Made by a program: the position numbers and the translations under genes
The notes under the pieces: generated by a model
What the model was told of the DNA's origin: nothing
Databases searched by the model: none
What the model saw: the letters and a program-made list of their open reading frames with translations, nothing else
From: an uncultured Eggerthellaceae bacterium
GTDB taxonomy: Bacteria > Actinomycetota > Coriobacteriia > Coriobacteriales > Eggerthellaceae
Direction of reading: 5' to 3'
Assembly (NCBI GenBank): GCA_964469815.1
Contig: CAYXZC010000051.1
Coordinates: forward strand, 1 to 13,851
Length of the DNA stretch: 13,851 nucleotides
Part shown: piece by piece, positions 9,761 through 13,851 of the stretch
How positions within the stretch are numbered: the stretch's first letter is position 1
How the letters are laid out: every line of letters begins with the position of its first letter

Positions 9761-9811
9761 TCTATGCACCCTACAAGCTTTTGCTCCCCACCCTTCAAAA
9801 AGTTGTACAAC
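9761..9811 (+). promoter_or_regulatory. Promoter/operator element B. A second copy of the ~55-bp element with the palindrome GTTGTACAAC (9802-9811), 60 bp upstream of the SPFH gene start.
   Basis: TCTATGCACCCTACAAGCTTTTGCTCCCCACCCTTCAAAAAGTTGTACAAC. It is followed by the -10-like TAATAT (9812-9817). Confidence 0.45.
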
Positions 9812-9870
9812 TAATATGAGAAATTCGAGGATATGCTTCTCCCAAAAAGTCACCTTTGGAAGAAGCGATA

Positions 9871-11037
9871 ATGAGTCTGATCGATGTCATCAAATATGAG
9901 GGAGATAACCAGACCTTCGTTTGGAAACACCCTAAAGAAGACTTCAACACCGGATCCCAGCTCATAGTTCACGAAGCTCAAGAAGCGATCTTCTTCCTTA
10001 ATGGCCAAGCTCTAGATTCATTTCAACCGGGACGATATGAGCTCGAGACCCAAAACATCCCACTTCTCAATAAAGCAATAAACCTTCCTTCTGGTGGAGA
10101 AAGCCCTTTTCATGCAGAAGTGTATTTCATCAATCTTGTTGAACAGATGGGAATAAGTTGGGGCACGAACTCCAAGATCCAATTCATGGATCCTGAGTTC
10201 AACTTCCCTCTTTCGATCGGCGCTTCAGGAGAAATGGCCTTGGCAGTCCGCGAGCCGAAAAAACTTCTTCTGAAGATAGTGGGAACCGAGGCGATCCTTT
10301 CACAAGATAGTCTGATCAGATACTTCAAATCTTTTCTGCAAACAAGGATCAAGACCGCTATCGCACAGGCGATCCCTGAGAACAACCTATCCATCTTTCA
10401 AATGGATGCGCACCTTGTTGAGCTTTCCAACGAAGTGAAGAAACGCCTTCAATCTGATTTCAATGAATATGGCCTTGAGCTCACTCAGATGATGGTCACC
10501 ACAGTGGTCAAACCTGAAGGGGATCCGATATACGAACAATTCAAAGAGCTTTATTTCCGCCAATATGCAGATGTGAAAGATGCACAGATCAATCAGCAAG
10601 TTGGCGTCATCAATCAGGAGACCATTGCTAAGCAGACTGTTATAGAGGCAAAAGGAATTGCCGAGAAACGACAAGTCGAAGGTTACACCTATCAACAAGA
10701 GCGCGGCTTTGATGTTGCAGAACAAATGGCGCAAAACGAAGCCGTAGGCGAATTCGCGAATATGGGTATCGGTCTTGGAATGATGTCAGGTATTGGGGGC
10801 ACCATGGGCACTGTGGTTGGTGGAGCAGTGTCTGAAGCTATGGGAGATCCAGCGCTGTTCGGAGGAGTCGCTCAAAACGTTCAGAATCAAACCTCTAGTG
10901 CCATGTCTGATTCGAAGCAGCCAATAGCTGTTTCAGGCAACAATGAAGATAAGGCTTTTCGTTTTTGCTCTGGCTGCGGACATCAATTCGCCGATAACGA
11001 TAGATTCTGCCCTCAATGCGGGAAACGGAGGGAATAG
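9871..11037 (+). CDS. SPFH/Band-7 (stomatin-prohibitin-flotillin-HflKC) superfamily protein of the COG4260 type (B. subtilis YdjI-like; 'virion core protein' misnomer family). It carries a C-terminal C4 zinc ribbon.
   Basis: ATG at 9871 (MSLIDVIKYEGDNQTFVWKHP...) has GGAAGAAG 5 nt upstream; the track's TTG at 9856 is disfavoured. N-terminus IDVIKYEGDNQTFVWKHPKEDFNTGSQLIVHEAQEAIFFLNGQALDSFQPGRYELETQNIPLL matches the conserved COG4260 opening (IDVIEW.....L.WR.P.....I.NGA.L.VRESQ.AVFV.EGQ..D.F.PG.H.L.T.N.P.L). A Gly/Met-rich segment follows. The C-terminus FRFCSGCGHQFADNDRFCPQCGKRRE gives CxxC-x10-CxxC. Stop TAG at 11035-11037. Confidence 0.85.
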   Translation: MSLIDVIKYEGDNQTFVWKHPKEDFNTGSQLIVHEAQEAIFFLNGQALDSFQPGRYELETQNIPLLNKAINLPSGGESPFHAEVYFINLVEQMGISWGTNSKIQFMDPEFNFPLSIGASGEMALAVREPKKLLLKIVGTEAILSQDSLIRYFKSFLQTRIKTAIAQAIPENNLSIFQMDAHLVELSNEVKKRLQSDFNEYGLELTQMMVTTVVKPEGDPIYEQFKELYFRQYADVKDAQINQQVGVINQETIAKQTVIEAKGIAEKRQVEGYTYQQERGFDVAEQMAQNEAVGEFANMGIGLGMMSGIGGTMGTVVGGAVSEAMGDPALFGGVAQNVQNQTSSAMSDSKQPIAVSGNNEDKAFRFCSGCGHQFADNDRFCPQCGKRRE

Positions 11038-11043
11038 ATCATT

Positions 11044-11709
11044 ATGGACATCAAAAAGCAACACATTGCTGTTATTGTTCTAGCTATCGGCTTCATTGCA
11101 TACGCATGCATTTGCCTCCTTTTATTCGAAAAAGGTATCGTCTTTTGGGCTGAACTTGGTTTCACCTTTGTAGCCTTTTTGCTCACTGCTTACACAACAC
11201 AACGGCCTGAAAGCAAGAAGCTCTTTTTAAACCTCCCTCTTTATGTGATCGCATCGGTATATCTCACGATTCAGTTGATCATAAGCATCGTTTTCATGGC
11301 GGTGCAAACAGCATGCGAACCATGGTGTTATGTGGTCAGCGTCGCTCTTCTAGCTTTTTATCTATGCATTTTGTTAGCCACTCGGGCAACCGTTCAGCAT
11401 ATTGGTGAAGTTGATAAGAGCATCCAACAGAATACAGCTTTCATCAAGAATCTGATCTTGAAGCTGGAAGCATTGAGGGATGAAGTCGACGGATCGCGAC
11501 AGGAAGAAATCGAAGATTTGATCTCTCTTGCCCGCTATTCGAATTTGCAATCCTGTGAAGCTTCACGAGAGATCGAAATAAGCATCACAGAATCTGTGGA
11601 AGAACTTGATTCGGCTATTCAAAACAACGATCGCGATGCCATATCCGAGGCAGTAGATCAGATATCAAAACAGCTCAGACAACGCGACCGAGTTTGTAAG
11701 GTGAAGTAG
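11044..11709 (+). CDS. Integral membrane protein with 4 predicted TM helices and a C-terminal acidic coiled-coil cytoplasmic tail. No recognisable family.
   Basis: ATG 6 nt after the SPFH stop; GGAGGG upstream. Hydrophobic helices: IAVIVLAIGFIAYACICLLLF, LGFTFVAFLLTAYTT, LPLYVIASVYLTIQLIISIVFMAV, VVSVALLAFYLCILLA. The tail has heptad-like charged character (...LKLEALRDEVDGSRQEEIEDLISLAR...). Stop TAG at 11707-11709. Confidence 0.75.
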   Translation: MDIKKQHIAVIVLAIGFIAYACICLLLFEKGIVFWAELGFTFVAFLLTAYTTQRPESKKLFLNLPLYVIASVYLTIQLIISIVFMAVQTACEPWCYVVSVALLAFYLCILLATRATVQHIGEVDKSIQQNTAFIKNLILKLEALRDEVDGSRQEEIEDLISLARYSNLQSCEASREIEISITESVEELDSAIQNNDRDAISEAVDQISKQLRQRDRVCKVK

Positions 11710-11715
11710 CGATTA

Positions 11716-12192
11716 ATGCCTCGGATTCCTGCACATAAAATCGAAGAAAAAGCGATTAACCTTATTCGCTCAAATGTTGCTTTATTTGATGCGTTATATC
11801 GTGAGGTATCTCATAGAGATTATGGTATAGATGCAGTTATTGAACTCTTCGACCATGACGAAATAACAGGTCGACTCATTCTATTACAAGTAAAAGGATC
11901 AGAGTCAAGATATACGATCGGCACAAGATCCGGTGTTGTATCCTGTCAAGTATCGCAAGGAACACTTAAGTATTTGAATCAAAACAACATACCTGTTGTT
12001 CTTGTTGCCGTAGACATAGCAAATCAATGTTTCTTTTACACGTGTCTTGCAGACACTGAAGTGGTTAATAGAAATGTCAATCAGCCAACCGTTCATTTAA
12101 TTGCGGAAAACGTATGTCAAAGAGAAGAATCTACTTTTACAGAATGGCTCAAAGAACTAGCAGAAGACTATTACGGAAGGCGGCAACAATGA
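11716..12192 (+). CDS. Small Mrr-like PD-(D/E)xK restriction-endonuclease-fold protein (DUF4365-like).
   Basis: 158 aa. The core HRDYGIDAVIELFDHDEITGRLILLQVKGSES matches the Mrr_cat/DUF4365 pattern (E..DyGiDg.iE ... h.vQvKs): Asp on the first strand, then an (E/Q)xK strand. ATG at 11716 is 6 nt after the upstream stop. Stop TGA at 12190-12192 overlaps the next ATG as ATGA. GC content is markedly lower than in the rest of the window. Confidence 0.7.
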   Translation: MPRIPAHKIEEKAINLIRSNVALFDALYREVSHRDYGIDAVIELFDHDEITGRLILLQVKGSESRYTIGTRSGVVSCQVSQGTLKYLNQNNIPVVLVAVDIANQCFFYTCLADTEVVNRNVNQPTVHLIAENVCQREESTFTEWLKELAEDYYGRRQQ

Positions 12193-13652
12193 AAGCAATG
12201 CAGTGCGAGCTTTGTGGTGCAACGGAGATTGTCAAAGATGGAGATTTTTTTGTCTGCCAGAGTTGTGGGATGAAATACACTCCTGAAAGCGCAAAAAAGA
12301 TGGTGATTGAAGGTGTTGTTCAGGTTGAGGGAACGATTTCTTTAGATGAAAGTTTAAAGCTTAAAAACTACATCGATCGCGCTGAATCATTACTAGATGA
12401 AAAAAGATATTTGGAAGCATACCAGGAATGCCGTGAAGGATTGCACATCGATTCCATGAACCCCTATCTAAGAATCATTGCTCTTTTTGCTGATTATGCG
12501 CCAATGTCTAAGGAACTCGATTGGTGTAAAAAAGGTGAAAAGATCGGAGAAGAAACAAGCTCTTGCCTGAAAGAGATTCATAATCAAATTGGCGACTGTG
12601 AAGATTTCGGTAAAGTGTGCGCGAAGTATTTATCTCTAATTAAAGCATTAGAAACAGAGAACTATTTCGCATGTAGAACTGCTGCAAAACAAGCTGATGT
12701 AGAATTGATCGCTGTTTTGGGCACGATCAACATAAATGGTAGTTACAGCGATTCTTCTCGAATGAAGGACAAATATGCGATAGAAGCCAAGAAAAAGGAT
12801 GCAGAGAACGGGCTTTTTGATGGATTCATAGGTACTGCAGAATTAGCTCAAACGATACTCGAATTAATTAAAGATCCAATTCAAATTGGACGACAAAATC
12901 TATGGACAATGCATGTCTATACAGAAGGTGCCAGCAAATTCGATGAACCACTATATCAATCTCGGTTAAAAAAGATACAACAGGAATTTTTTAAATACAC
13001 CAAAATGTGTGATGATTTCGAGGAAAAGCAGAAAAAGATCGAACAAGAAAAGAAAGCGAAAGAATACTGGGATAAACATCCAGATAAGAAGATAGCCATC
13101 AATAGTCTGATTGAAACCAAATCTAAAGAGCAAGAAGAGATAGATGAACAAATTCGACAACTGCAAGAAAAGATTGATAGAGTAAACCAAGAAGTTCCTC
13201 TACGGTTCGACGATGCTAATTGGGATATTAAAAAGAATTTGCTACAGAATGAATTAGAGGAAATAGCGCAAAAGATAAGCGGCCTCTCAGTATTTAGTTT
13301 TAAAGAAAAGAAGAAACTCGATGCATTGCATATTGAGAAAACTGAACAATTGGATCAATTAAACTCAGAAAAGAAGAAAGCGTTATCAATCGCAAAAAGA
13401 AAACAATCTGACGCAATAAAAGAACTCACTTCTCCTCTAGAAGAGGAGAAGGATCGATTGATTACTAAACGAAAATCTTTGGAAAAACTAATTAATAAGA
13501 AGACTGAAGAACTTGAAAACCCAATACCAACTCAAATACCCAAAAAAGAATATCATAGCGAAAACACTTCGGAACATGCGCCCTCAAATTTGAACGTAAA
13601 TGTCATTAATCAAAGATGTATCACAAAAAATGGCGGAAAAGATAAAGTGTGA
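12189..13652 (+). CDS. Zinc-ribbon protein with an alpha-helical (TPR-like?) middle region and a ~170-aa Lys/Glu-rich coiled coil. Unknown function.
   Basis: Preferred start ATG at 12189 (MKAMQCELCGATEIVKDGDFFVCQSCGMKY), 8 nt after GGAAGG and overlapping the upstream stop. The track extension to 12114 runs through the preceding gene and is unlikely. CxxC-x14-CxxC N-terminal zinc ribbon. Helical segment LDEKRYLEAYQECREGLHIDSMNPYLRIIALFADYA. Residues ~290-460 are dominated by E/K/Q heptads (EKQKKIEQEKKAKEYW...EQIRQLQEKIDRVNQE...). Stop TGA at 13650-13652. Confidence 0.75.
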   Translation: MKAMQCELCGATEIVKDGDFFVCQSCGMKYTPESAKKMVIEGVVQVEGTISLDESLKLKNYIDRAESLLDEKRYLEAYQECREGLHIDSMNPYLRIIALFADYAPMSKELDWCKKGEKIGEETSSCLKEIHNQIGDCEDFGKVCAKYLSLIKALETENYFACRTAAKQADVELIAVLGTININGSYSDSSRMKDKYAIEAKKKDAENGLFDGFIGTAELAQTILELIKDPIQIGRQNLWTMHVYTEGASKFDEPLYQSRLKKIQQEFFKYTKMCDDFEEKQKKIEQEKKAKEYWDKHPDKKIAINSLIETKSKEQEEIDEQIRQLQEKIDRVNQEVPLRFDDANWDIKKNLLQNELEEIAQKISGLSVFSFKEKKKLDALHIEKTEQLDQLNSEKKKALSIAKRKQSDAIKELTSPLEEEKDRLITKRKSLEKLINKKTEELENPIPTQIPKKEYHSENTSEHAPSNLNVNVINQRCITKNGGKDKV

Positions 13653-13851
13653 GCTTGAGGACGCAGGAGCCATTGTTTCTATTGAGTGATTAGTTATCTT
13701 TCACCGTTTCCAGCTATACATCTAGTACTTCAAAGAACCCAATTGCCTTTTATGTAAGCCACATTAATAGTTCGTTTAAGTTTTCACCATCCAAGTCACC
13801 TGATCGAGCACAGGCTTGACATTAGCAAATAGGAATGCCGGTTTTTGACCG

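Noticed and set aside
10110-10734. Minus-strand ORFs 10110-10394 and 10387-10734.
   Set aside because: They are embedded antisense in the well-supported SPFH gene. Their translations lack features and no RBS is visible.
13776-13851. Open minus-strand frame entering from the right edge (...GQKPAFLFANVKPVLDQVTWMVKT, stop TAA at 13778-13776). It may be the C-terminus of a convergent gene.
   Set aside because: Only 24 codons are visible, with no recognisable motif. It cannot be supported as a gene from this window alone.

Overview
This 13.9-kb window comes from a high-GC Gram-positive (Actinobacteria-type) chromosome. Its RpoB is very close to the mycobacterial type. It falls into three blocks.

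(1) 1-2375, minus strand: the 5' ~2.4 kb of rpoB, running off the left edge of the window. Upstream lies a ~400-bp leader.

(2) 2841-7680, all minus strand: a signalling neighbourhood. It holds an orphan LytTR-family response regulator with its own intrinsic terminator, and a three-gene operon: secreted Cys-rich protein, then a polytopic Hanks-type kinase with an atypical catalytic loop, then an FHA-domain protein.

(3) 7681-13851, plus strand, progressively AT-richer and probably horizontally acquired: two paralogous lipoproteins, then a tightly packed four-gene cassette. The cassette encodes a COG4260-type SPFH/Band-7 protein with a C-terminal zinc ribbon, a 4-TM/coiled-coil membrane protein, a small Mrr-like PD-(D/E)xK-fold (DUF4365-like) protein, and a zinc-ribbon/helical/long coiled-coil protein. 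These genes are separated by 6-bp gaps and an ATGA overlap. A ~55-bp promoter element with a perfect 10-bp palindrome (GTTGTACAAC) is duplicated in front of the first lipoprotein gene and the SPFH cassette. Three 22-bp-period direct repeats sit in the divergent intergenic region.

I found no tRNA, rRNA, CRISPR array or transposase. The cassette at 9871-13652 is my best candidate for an undescribed membrane-associated defence or stress system. Its last two genes (Mrr-like nuclease fold plus Zn-ribbon/coiled-coil) may form the effector/sensor core.
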